Under the pieces are notes generated by a model. It searched no databases and had not been told where the DNA came from. It worked only from the letters and a program-made list of their open reading frames with translations. DNA of 64,000 nucleotides from Raillietiella orientalis (taxonomy: Eukaryota). Shown here piece after piece: positions 49,401 to 64,000 of the stretch. The position numbers and the translations under genes are program-made. The DNA is taken from assembly GCA_036172245.1 (NCBI GenBank), contig JAYWIR010000032.1, positions 1,364,001 to 1,428,000 on the forward strand, in the 5' to 3' direction. The first letter of the stretch is position 1; each line of letters opens with the position of its first letter.

Positions 49401-51799
49401 GATCACGTGCAACGGGATTGACAGGCGGCCGGGGTCACCTCCGACCTAGAATGCGGGCTTGCGGATCCCGGCACCGAGAGATGACGACCCTCCCGGGGGA
49501 GATGCCAGGGAGCCGAGCTCCACAGCGGCAGGAGCAGAGTCGCGCGCGCCCCTGACTCTGCACGGAAAGACTCCCCGAGGGAGCGCCCGCAAGGTGCTTC
49601 TTCGCGTCGTGGTGGTGGTTCCACTCCCTGGCCTGGCCAGGTTTCGATCGGGTGCGATAGACGGTGCCGAACGGCAGCAGTGGCAGCGCCCACTCCCTCC
49701 TCCTACGCTCTTCACGTTCCCCGTGGAAGGCGGAGGCTGCAAAAAAAAAAAACTGCAGATGATGGGATGCTCCGCTCCTCGTGCGCCCGAATGCGAGGCA
49801 AGCCGCCCTGTTTTGCATCACCAATGAGGTCGCGACGACTTTCCCACGTGTTACTTACTTTCCGTGATGAGCATCTCTCCCTCTCCCCCTCCCTCCTCCT
49901 TTTTATCGTTTCCTTTCGGATCACCCGCACCGAGCCCGCGCCTTCAAATGGGGCAGGGAAGAACCCCTTACTCCCGGCTCACCGTGCGCGAAAAAACCTT
50001 CATCCAGACAGTCGCTTTCCTTCTCCCCGTTGCCCACCGTACTGAACTGAGACTGAACGGCAGTCTGGGCCGGATCTGGACCCGGAAACGGGAGTGGACG
50101 GGATCCAGGCATGGGGACGTGCGAGGGCCGGCAGGAAAAGGATGGGGCCTCGGAAAGAGGCGGGTGGTGCTCCACCTCTGGTTGCTTCCATCAACGAGGA
50201 GTGGTTGCGCGGAACGCAGTGCACGGAGGCCAAAGGAGAAAATTTATGACCATCCGGGAAAGTTTCTCGCGCCCATTCTCTAGCAACAGAGTTTCTCACC
50301 TTGGTTGCGCAACATTGGAAGCTGAAAAGGACATCATCTCGGCGTGCCGCGCTCCTTCGAGCCGGAGCAGCAAGCAGCTGCCATCAGTTGCACGCTTTCG
50401 CGGATGATCCCTCGGTATTGCACCGCTTTCTCATGGGCGGCGGGTGCGCGTAACCTCAGCAACGCCTCGCGTGAAGTGTCGGTGCCACTCACTGCCCTCC
50501 TCCGAGAATCCTTCTCCTCTCCCTCCCTCACCTTTTCCAAGGTTCTCCCGCAAACGGCGCGCTGCCGCTTGCGGAGAGAGTAGTCCGGGGGAATGGCGGC
50601 ACCCTCTCCTTCCCCTCGCCTGTTTTTTTTTTTTTTTTTTTGCAAGAAAATCGCATCCCCCGCAGAGGCGAGGTCCGGCGCAGGGAGTCGCGTGGGTCAC
50701 CACGATCGTTCGTGGTCGCCGCGCTCAAGAGCTCTCCTTTCGCTGCGGAGCGTTCCGTTGTTGCGAGCGAGCGTAGGGAGGGGGGGGGGGGGCACCTCCA
50801 CCCTTCCCGGCAGGTGTTCGCAGGGATTCCGGCAGGCTCTCTCCTACAGAGGCGCGCTGGACGGACGCTGCTGCGGCAGCACGTAGGAGAAAGTGAAAGG
50901 AGTACCGCACGCAGCCGGGGAGAGAAAGTGGAGTGCCCGGAGAGAGGGACCCGTCTCCTCCCGCTCGCTCGGACCCGGCAGGGGAGGAGTTGGGGGGAGG
51001 CCACAGGGGCAGGGTGCTCCTCTTCCCCCTCACACCGTCGCCGCCACTTTCGCACGGAAACATCTCCGGGGAAGCGCGCGCGCATCGGAAAGGGATAGTT
51101 CTCGTTCCTTCTTCGCTGGCTGCGCGGTTCCCTTCACGTGGGAAAACAGAGAGAGAGAGAGCGGAGGAAGCGACACACGCACGCAGACTTCCGCGGGGCG
51201 ATGCGCTCGGCAGACGTGCCGCTCTCTCCCTCTCTCCGCCCCTTGGCCCTTCTCCCCGCAGCCTCTGCCGCCGCGCCACCACCTGCCGGCATCCCGTTCT
51301 TCTTGCCTTCCCCCTCCCCTGCCCATCCCGGCCGAGACGGCAGTGTTGCAGGCGGGTCGGCGCGTGGGGAAGGGGAGCCACCACGAGGTCCCGCAAGTGA
51401 TCCTTGCCTCGTCGTCGGGAGCGTCCCCCTGCTGGTTCCGGAGAGCCTGGGCGCCCTGGATTCTCTCCCGTCAGGAGACGCGTCGTCGTCTTCGGCCGGA
51501 CGCTCGCGGCGGCCGGACGGCTGACCGAGAGCGCGCGCGCGCGCGCCCATTGGCCGAGCTGCTCTCTCCACGTCACCGCAACGGAATGCCTCGAAGTGCG
51601 TGCTTTTCCGGGAGGCTTCTGGCGCGGGGCGAGAAAGCGCGGTTCGCGCGCGCTCGCGCGCGCGCGCGCGTTTTTTCGCCGCGAGCGGGCGCTGCGGAGA
51701 CGTCCTCGCCGCGGCGCCCGCCAGTGCCGCGGTGGATGCGGTCGGAGCGAGGGAGCAGCCAGCGCAGGTCCGCGTCATCGCACGCAGGGGAGTAGTCGC

Positions 51800-56029
<4,230 letters not shown>

Positions 56030-56403
56030 CGCCGGCAGCGCCGCCCCAGCGGCGGCGAGGAGAAATACACCCCCGCCTCTCCCGAGAGACCGGTGCTGCT
56101 GCTGCCCTCTCCCATTGCCCCGCCACATGCGAGTCCGCTTCACTGGAGGGCTGGGGGGTGCGGGTGGGTGGGTGAGGAGGGGGAGGAAGAGGAGGGACGG
56201 GTCGGGGTCTCCGCGGAGCCAAGCATCCCAGCAAGCGGCTCCCGGAACGAAGACGGGAGACGCACGGAGGTGCCTGCGCAGTCCGAAGGACTGAGGGGGA
56301 TGTTCGCCCCCCCCCCCTCCCCTCCCCCCACTACGGACTGGAGAGCGCAGGCGCGGAAGCGAACGAACCGATCGATCGGACGGCAGGCGGAGAGAGTCCG
56401 AGC

Positions 56404-56417
56404 GTAACCGGGGCAAC
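56404..56417 (+). promoter_or_regulatory. RFX X-box upstream of DRC7
   Basis: GTAACCGGGGCAAC fits the GTNRCC-N(0-3)-RGYAAC consensus and ends 74 nt before the ATG of a ciliary gene, the usual position for X-boxes. Confidence 0.75.
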
Positions 56418-56490
56418 GGCGGCGGCGGCGGCGGCAGCCGGTTCCCGGGCGTGGCTCCGCGGAAAGCCGCAGTCGCAAGAAGAAGCCCAT

Positions 56491-58479
56491 ATGGACGAGG
56501 ACGAGCGTCCGAGGACCAGCCAGCCCGAGTCCTATCGGAGCCACTCTGCCCGGGAGCGCCTCCTGCTGTGGATGGCGGGCAACTTCCGACGCCAGCACGC
56601 CGCGCGCTTCCCACTCAGGCGGCCGCCGCTGCTGGCGGCGCGCAACGAGTGCGGCGTCGACAAGCTCGTCTGCACGACCATCCGGCCCACCCAGCTGCCC
56701 TTCCCGGAGCTGTTCAACTGGCAGGGCTGCGCCGGGTTCGTCGCCGACCACGTGACCTACCGGCCGCTGGACCGGCCTTTCGACCCGCCCTCGCGGCTGT
56801 GTTCCCCGGAAAAGGTGCTGCGGGATCGGGAGGCGCACTGTTTCGAGCTGAGCACCCTGCTGGCGTCCCTGCTGATCGGCGTCGGGTACGACGCGTACGT
56901 CGCCAGCGGCTACGCGGTCGTCCAGCTTTGCGAGGGCGACCGCTCCTGCGAGGCGTTCCCGCCCGAGGACGCGGACGGGGAGCAGGAGATCCCCCCAACG
57001 CCCGGCCTCGGCGAGAGGGGGGAGGAGGAGGAAGAGGAGGAGGAGGAGTTTCGGAGCAAGTACCTGGAGTTTCTGGAGGGCGAGGCGTCCGGGAGCGCCC
57101 TGGACCGGGCGAAGAGGTCGGAGGAGGACAGGCTGCTGCGACCCCCCGATGACCCGTTCCTTGGCCATCGCGTGCACAGTTGGGTGCTCGTCCTGCCGGG
57201 GAAGAGGGAAGTGCCCGAGGCGTTCTTCGTGGAACCGTCGACCGGGGAGCGGGCGGAGCTGGGAGACGACCGCTACCTCCAGCTCGAGTCCCTCTGGAAC
57301 GACAGGAACTACTGGGTGAACAAGCGGGAGGAGCTGGACCTCGACGAGCTGTTCTTCGACCTCAACGACACGGAGAGCTGGGAGTACCTGCTGGTCAACG
57401 ACACGTTCCCCTACAATTCCCACGAGAACGAACCCCATGGGGTGTTCACGCTGCCTCCGGACGAGGACGAGAGGGAGTGGCTGCCGAGGAACTACCCCCG
57501 GATGCCGCCTTCGTGGGTCCGCAGGCTGGACGTCTCCCGGGAGGCCTACGACCTGCGGTTCCCCGGGGGCGAGAAGACCGTGCTCTTCCAAAGAGCGAAG
57601 GTGACCCGCCGGTCCCCCTACGCGAACGCCGAGGGGCTGGTTAAGGAGGTGGTCCGGTATTCCGATCCGTTCTGGGAGCGCCCGGTGCAGACAGTCAGGA
57701 CCTACGCCCACCGGCAGGACCGCCTGGTGAGGAGGACAATCGACCCCGAGGGAACTGCGCGGGACCGCTTCGCGCGCGGCAGGCCCGATCTCCTCCTGGA
57801 ATTCGTCCACCCGGAGCCCCCCACCCAACCGGGCGCGCACCTGAAAATGACCTACCTCTCCTCCGTCTGCCCCCGGGGGCTGAAGACACGCGAGGTGACT
57901 TCCACGACCATGACCGAAGCGTACGAGGACCGGAAGGACGACCTGCTAGAGCGGACGGTCCTGTACGAGGAACGCAAGACAAGGATACGGTTCGACGACG
58001 AGGCTCCCGAGAGGAAGGTCGTGTTCGTGGAGGAGCGCTACGCCAGGAACACCTCCAGGCGTCCGGAGGAGGACGCGCAGAGGATCACCTTTGACCTGCG
58101 GCAAGGGACCATCCGCGTGGTCTACTTCCGCCGCGACGAGTACCTGTCCTGCGATCAGGTGACCTTCCAGAAGCCCCCCGTCGGCGAGAGGGGGGAGACG
58201 GAAGGGTGGGTGGCGGACCTGGTCAGCGTGTACGCCTGCGGCGCGGCCGGCCGGGAGGCCAGCCCCCAGGCGCTCTTCGAGATGTTCTCGCAGCTCGTGG
58301 ACCGCGAATCCAGGACCGTGGACAAGATCCACGAGGCGGAAGAGGAGGTGAAGCGCCTGCTGGAGCTGCGGGAGGAGGAGGACGCCAACCCGCAGCTGGT
58401 CGTTTCCACGTACGACTGCCTGAGGAACGCGTCCCTGCTCCGGGAAGACGAGAAGGGGCAGTGGCGGCTGGGTCCGTGA
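56491..58479 (+). CDS. DRC7: Dynein regulatory complex subunit 7 (CCDC135/lost boys homologue), 662-aa single-exon ORF
   Basis: Family motifs PESY..ERLL..AGNFRRQ..RNECGVDKLVCTTIRPTQLPFPELFNWQGCAGFVADH, HCFELSTLLASLLIGVGYDAYVASGYA, RVHSWVLVLPGKREVPEAFFVEPSTG, YLQLESLWNDRNYWVN and MPPSWV. Strong G/C bias at third codon positions. ATTAAA at 58695-58700. Confidence 0.92.
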   Translation: MDEDERPRTSQPESYRSHSARERLLLWMAGNFRRQHAARFPLRRPPLLAARNECGVDKLVCTTIRPTQLPFPELFNWQGCAGFVADHVTYRPLDRPFDPPSRLCSPEKVLRDREAHCFELSTLLASLLIGVGYDAYVASGYAVVQLCEGDRSCEAFPPEDADGEQEIPPTPGLGERGEEEEEEEEEFRSKYLEFLEGEASGSALDRAKRSEEDRLLRPPDDPFLGHRVHSWVLVLPGKREVPEAFFVEPSTGERAELGDDRYLQLESLWNDRNYWVNKREELDLDELFFDLNDTESWEYLLVNDTFPYNSHENEPHGVFTLPPDEDEREWLPRNYPRMPPSWVRRLDVSREAYDLRFPGGEKTVLFQRAKVTRRSPYANAEGLVKEVVRYSDPFWERPVQTVRTYAHRQDRLVRRTIDPEGTARDRFARGRPDLLLEFVHPEPPTQPGAHLKMTYLSSVCPRGLKTREVTSTTMTEAYEDRKDDLLERTVLYEERKTRIRFDDEAPERKVVFVEERYARNTSRRPEEDAQRITFDLRQGTIRVVYFRRDEYLSCDQVTFQKPPVGERGETEGWVADLVSVYACGAAGREASPQALFEMFSQLVDRESRTVDKIHEAEEEVKRLLELREEEDANPQLVVSTYDCLRNASLLREDEKGQWRLGP

Positions 58480-59190
58480 CCGCGCCCGAGTGACTCGCCC
58501 TCGGCTCCAGGACCGACGAGGAGTCGGAACACCGACCGCCCACTGCGTGGAGAGCCCCCCGTGCTGGCGCAGGGGCTCTCAAGTGGGCCGACCAGCAGAG
58601 AAGTTTCGCCGCGGGTTCGTCCGTGCCTGCTGCGGGCGGCCCACACCTCGGGCGAAACGGCGCCCTCCTTCCACCATAGGCTGCCTCGATTGGGATTAAA
58701 ATCGAAACGCGTGCGTACGCCGTGTGCTCGAGTCTCATGCAATTCGACGTGTGGCCGCGCGGGCTCGAGTGACGCGCCCCGCGGGTTCCGAGTCCTCCCG
58801 CGAGATGACGCCGGGAGCGCTCGCTAGCGCTTGGGGTGCGCGCGCCCGCGGCCAGTCGAGTGGTCAGGGAGTCGACAGCGGGCCCCTCTTCCGTATGCCC
58901 GCCTGCCCTGCGGGTGCGTGACATGGGGAGACCCCGTGAAGCGACAGCTCTCGAGTACTTAGCGAACCGAAACCGAAAAAACAACTCTCACACACACCCA
59001 AACGGGAAAAGCTCTGGAAAGTAGCAAAAATGCAGCTCGGTATTGCGTGCGTATGTATATGTATACATATGTATGTAGGAGAAAAAGCCGGAAAGTACAT
59101 CTAGAATTCATCACTATGCAATAGATGAAAATGGGGGAGAACGTGCAATTGGGTTCCACTCAAAACACCGAACGCCGTGATCCGGAGCGA

Positions 59191-59801
59191 TCAAAATTCC
59201 GAAATATCGTAAGAAATAAATATGCATATCTTTATCTGCTGATTAATGTACAAAATTTATTTTGACATACATATCGTGAATATTCATCAACGCATATATT
59301 AACAGTAATGTTATTTTAACATATTCATGAATATTTATACATGCATAATTATATACATAAATGCATATTAATTACATTAATATATATCAAATTGTAAAAT
59401 AAATGATGGCAGCAATTGAAAACGGCGGATTTTTCAAAACGAAAACAAAAAAAGGAAATTTTGTATCTCATTTTCTCGTCATTCCAGCAATCAATAAGTG
59501 GATTCTGTTTTCGGGATTTTGATCCTTTGACAAACGCATATGCTTACATTTATGCATTCATGTCATACGTATTCACTATACGTTAGTGCATATCATGATT
59601 TTCTACAATCCTTAGTATATGCGTTAATGATATCCTGACGCATGCTATTAATTACGTTAATGATATGCATGTTAACAAATATGAGTAAATGATATGTATA
59701 TTAAAGTAAATTTGTAAATGAATCTCTCTATAAATATGTGTAGGTTACTTTACACCATAGGCGCATACATATTTGTTTTCCATCATCTTTTGGGATTTCG
59801 G
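59191..59801. mobile_element. AT-rich foldback/MITE-like element, same family
   Basis: Left end TCAAAATTCCGAAATATCGTAAGAAATAAAT and right end CATCATCTTTTGGGATTTCGG. An internal inverted terminus TTTCGGGATTTTGA ends at 59522. The internal segment resembles 31590-31720. Confidence 0.6.
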
Positions 59802-61959
59802 CGCTCGAGCCGTTGAAACGGACCGTGCATTCGTCGTCATGGTTGACTTGCCCTCCGTGATGCTGGAGACCACATTCTCTGCCCCCGTCCCCTGCACGGA
59901 TAAGCAGCCCCAGATCGAACCCCATTGTGCAAGGGGGTGCATCTTTCCCCTCGTGTCTTTTGGCTCACCGCTCCTGCAGCACTCGCCGACTCCACGAAGA
60001 TGCCCTTTGCCACGGGGGTCGTGCTCGCTGCTGCCGCAATGGAGTAGGCACTTAGGTCGAGCTCCATCCTGGAGGAATGGCCCGCATCTGACGCGCCGCC
60101 TCAGACATCAAAAGGAAGAGTCCTCAGGAATGGAAACCGGAAACGTTTCGGTCGATCTCGTCATCCTACCAATGGTTCGATGTAATGGGTTCAGGTGCGT
60201 CCCCGGAATACGTTCCTGCTGGGCCGGATACTGGGGGCCTCTGTGTTTCGTCCCCTTTCCTTTGGTCGTTGATGCCTCGTCGTCACGTGGAACTTGATGA
60301 ATTGCGTTCCGCAGCACCACATCTGGCCGCCGAAGCCGTGGCTTCGGACCACCCCGCTGCCGGGTGGTTCCAGGCCACCAGCTACGGTTCTCCCTGAGCC
60401 ACCTTACTGGCCAGGTGGTTGCGCCTCTTCCTGGCGACCAGCCTGGAGTGCCGCGACCAGCGAGTTGGAAAAGCGCACGTTCGATTCGCCGCATCCGTTC
60501 CCGCAGGCGCCGCCTGCACCACGGGCAGAGCGGCGGTCGCAGAACCTCAGGTCATCCCCGGCACGCGCGGTGTTCTCCACCTCAGGACACAGCTGTCCCC
60601 CCTGACCTGGATGTTTCTCGACGACCGTCCTTCCCAGAGTTAAGGAGCATTTTGGGTGCCGTTCGTTTATTCCCGGGGTGCAATCCAGGGGAACACACAG
60701 CATGGGGGAGCGGCCCGAACGAACTGAGGGAAGCTTCGGAACGAGAGCTACACGGAGGTGCTGACGTCTTGCACGGCACCTGGACGCCGCCGCTTTGGAA
60801 AGGAGAGGCCCCGAGGAGTGAGTAGCTCGAGCGAAGACGAGACGCGAACGTGGCAAATAGCCGACGTCCCCGCAGCGCCGGACCAAAGCGGCCGACCGCG
60901 CGCTGAAGCCGAACGTCGGGATGGTGACGAAATCACCCGAGGAGATCGGTGAGGAGATAACGGACGGAGGAAAGCCGCCGATTCGACAAACGCCAGATGA
61001 AAACGCAACCCAGGAGACGAAAACTGAAATACGGACCTCATCGCGAAAGTGAGACCAAAGCAGATTCCTGGCTTGGAGGAGGTCCAGCGCGAAGGCCCCA
61101 GGAAGCTCGGGCTCAGCGTGCGGATTCAGCGTTAAAGGATACGCGCTGACTTCAGGTTCAGTGGGAGGAAGAAGAAGAAGAAAGAAATGCATAGCAAGAC
61201 GTGCAGAGGATGTGCAATCCGAGATCCAAACGGTGCTCGCATCAGCCATGGCCGAAGCGTGTGAGAACCTTCAACAGTTTTTTCTCTCCTTCTCCTTGAT
61301 TGCTTTCATCCCTCGCGTTTTGATTCCGCTTCTCATTTTCCTCCCCCATTTCTTGAATATCGCCGAGACCGTGGGCTACCAGAAAAAAGGCGGCAGCAGT
61401 GCGAAGAAGCGAGTCCCCTTATCAAAAGGGAAACACCTGTCCTGGGAGATGCCCCTCAGGGACAGCGGCCACAAGATGCCTGCGTAACCTTTGCGTATGT
61501 GGGAAGGAAAGGAAGTCAACGTGGAGCATCTGCAGTCGATCGAGGCAGCTTCCTTCGCGTCTTCGCTCGGACCATCAGAGTGCAAGATTCGTGCCCATCC
61601 GTTCGTGCCACGTCCACTTTTGAAATTCCGTCGGAGGATTCTTCCTCGCGGAGCTGTGGAGTGGCCAACGAACCGCCGAGGTGTAGACTGCCCAGGGGAG
61701 ATTGACACCACGCAACTGCAACACAGTGCTTGACGGGGGGGTACCTTGCCGGCTGTGACATGGTCCTGAGCGCATGTCCAGCTTGATTTGACAAGGAAAC
61801 GCAAGCTACGGAGGTGGTGATCTTCAGCTCGTCTTATTGGAATAGCGCGCACTTTACGTGGACCATTGATTTAATGCACGCGAGTAAACGTACTGAATAG
61901 GCCAGCAGGAATGACGCAGTCACGTTATAAATTGACTGGTATTCCCTATAGCATGCCTT

Positions 61960-62225
61960 GATAAATATGTATGTTTATGATTCGATATTTGTACGTTCAT
62001 TTAATGTATATCTATTATATATATATGGATACATATAATAAACTTACATATATATATATATATATATTGAAGACTTATCCACATACATGTATGGATGCGT
62101 ATGCTTACTTTATTAATAATATGTTCACAAATATTGGCAAATGTGTATGCTAAAATGAATTTGTTCATTAATAACATATGTGTAAACATGCATGTATTTC
62201 TCTTTTTTAAGATCTTTCGAGGCTG
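61960..62225. mobile_element. Fragment (right arm) of the AT-rich foldback family
   Basis: AT-rich island ending TGCTAAAATGAATTTGTTCATTAATAACAT...TTTTTAAGATCTTTCG, similar to the inverted arm module of the other copies. Confidence 0.45.
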
Positions 62226-64000
62226 CGGGCTTTTGCACCGCCACCTCGCGTCAGCACCGCCGTGGGTCCGCACTTCATGACCTGCGTCGTCCAGGGTTGC
62301 CCTTCGCCCTGGCGAAATGTCGGGCCGCTTCCACGCCCGAATTCTTGACACGGAATGATGATGTTTGTAGCACAGTGCTTTGAGACGCTAAACTCTCCGT
62401 TTCCTTTGAAACTGTAAGGTATTTAAATCGACAAATGTCTCGGTAAATTAAAAGATATCTGCACGTATGCATTCTTTTTACAAGGAAACGCATGAAAGTG
62501 GGGGAAATGGAATTCAGATCACGAACGTCACGGAAAATTCTTCAAAAAAAATTCCTTAACGGGTATCCAATGCCCTGTTCTTTAATTTCCTGAAAATTTC
62601 TCGGTTCTCTCAGCCTTTAAAACATGATGTTCTATTCAAATAGATGCTATTCTGCTTCATGTAGTTGCAATTTCGGGCATCCATTCTCACGAGATTGGAT
62701 TTCTCCATTAGTCCAAAGCATTGCAATTGTTCATCTTGACCATGTTGTTAGTTGTCTTCATTTCTTTTTCTTTTTTCTATTTTAAATTCTTCCCTTCGTT
62801 CTAACTATCTTTGTTTCAGACCTTTCCCAGGAAATACCCAGAATGATGAAGTCCTTGATGACACACATTCCAGTGACAAACTTTAGAAAAAAGAAATTCT
62901 ATCTTTATTCTATTTCAGACCTTTTGGATTACATGACTAACTCCTGTTGAGTACCAGATTCATTAGTGGAGTGCTAGTAGCAAGAGATTTTGGATGGATA
63001 ACTAAATTATCAAAAAAAAATAAAACTACTGCAGCCCATATTCTACAAGAGTTTTCTGCTTATGGTCTTGCGTCTTCTCTGTTACTTCGAGATATTGACC
63101 GTGGAAACAGAAAAACAAAAATTCATGATGTTCTCCGTCACAATCCTGACTATTAAGAGTTGAACTTTCTATAATCTATTTTCGATGTGGAGGTTCTATG
63201 AAATAAGTGAAATCAAATCATATAGAAGTTTGGAATTTTCTCGAAATCATTATTATTTTCAAATCAAGAAATTTAAGGTACATCAAGGAAGACTGCAGTC
63301 CAAGCCTGAAATTAGAAATCATGATAGCTTTGATGATGATCTTAGGTTAAGTATAATAATGATAATCTATAATGACTTACTGATTTTTGAAACACGCTTT
63401 CATATTTTGAGAAGGGTATTCTTCAGCTAGCGTACTCTAATCGTAGCTCGCTGCGAGCTGCGTTGTTTTTTTCTATTTACGTTCCATTCTTTTGCTCAGT
63501 ACTGAAATACAGAATGCCCTTCATAAGTATGTGTTGCACATTTAAATGTAATATATATTCTTTGTTCGAATAAAAAAAAATCCCATATAACTGAGTAAGA
63601 AGTCCTCTATTTCCACGTCTTATATTTCGGTACCAGATAATTGTCAGAGAGTTTGTGCATACTTATTTATTCGTTTACCAATTTACCCTAAGATTTCTGA
63701 GGCAAGTGATTCGATACCTTTTAGACATTTGTTTGACACGTTTTGGATTTTTAGCAATGCATGCATAGTTCCCTTTATAGCATGCAGAGTTGGTGGCTCC
63801 TGATGCTGGAACATCCTGTGGTAGGGTCTCGAGATAATCCCATAAGTGTTAGATTTTCCACCTTAAGTGAATGCTTGAAAATTCGAATGCATTGAATTTG
63901 TTCACCAAGGTGCAGCTTGCAGGTCTTTTGCTTGAGGTTAGTTTTCTAAACACAGATATTTGGATGTTTTTGGATGCTTTCTTGAAATTTCAGTTTTACC

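Noticed and set aside
32500..50000. Many 200-420 aa ORFs in the central GC-rich region
   Set aside because: No recognisable domains, low-complexity composition and no consistent exon chain; I cannot exclude a diverged gene.
56140..57840. 566-aa minus-strand ORF
   Set aside because: Antisense shadow of the GC3-rich DRC7 coding sequence.
61161..64000. Downstream exons that might complete DRC7, or another gene at the right edge
   Set aside because: No segment with DRC7 C-terminal motifs was found; the short ORFs at 62947 and 63185 are unrecognisable.

Overview
Eukaryotic (animal, most likely arthropod/invertebrate) genomic DNA with short GT-AG introns. I could assemble six protein-coding genes by hand. 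On the minus strand are a complete 7-exon pinhead-like gene (three cystine knots, 7174-14958) and the first two exons of a second, tandem pinhead-like paralogue (1643-2291) that probably continues beyond the left edge. A USF3-like bHLH gene (+, 17999-24927) lies tail-to-tail with a CG9801-like PP2C-domain gene (-, 24993-26648). A transgelin/calponin-family gene (+, 51800-56029) is followed closely by an intronless, apparently C-terminally shortened DRC7 ORF (+, 56491-58479) with an RFX X-box in its promoter. About 27-50 kb has no recognisable gene. It holds AT-rich foldback/MITE-like elements of one family, two tRNA-derived SINE-like copies, a 109-bp local duplication and microsatellites. Base composition is strongly mosaic: CpG-rich around the developmental genes, CpG-poor over the USF3-like/PP2C pair. 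Most ORFs in the supplied track are chance products of GC-rich sequence. All family assignments come from motif recognition by eye; no searches were run.
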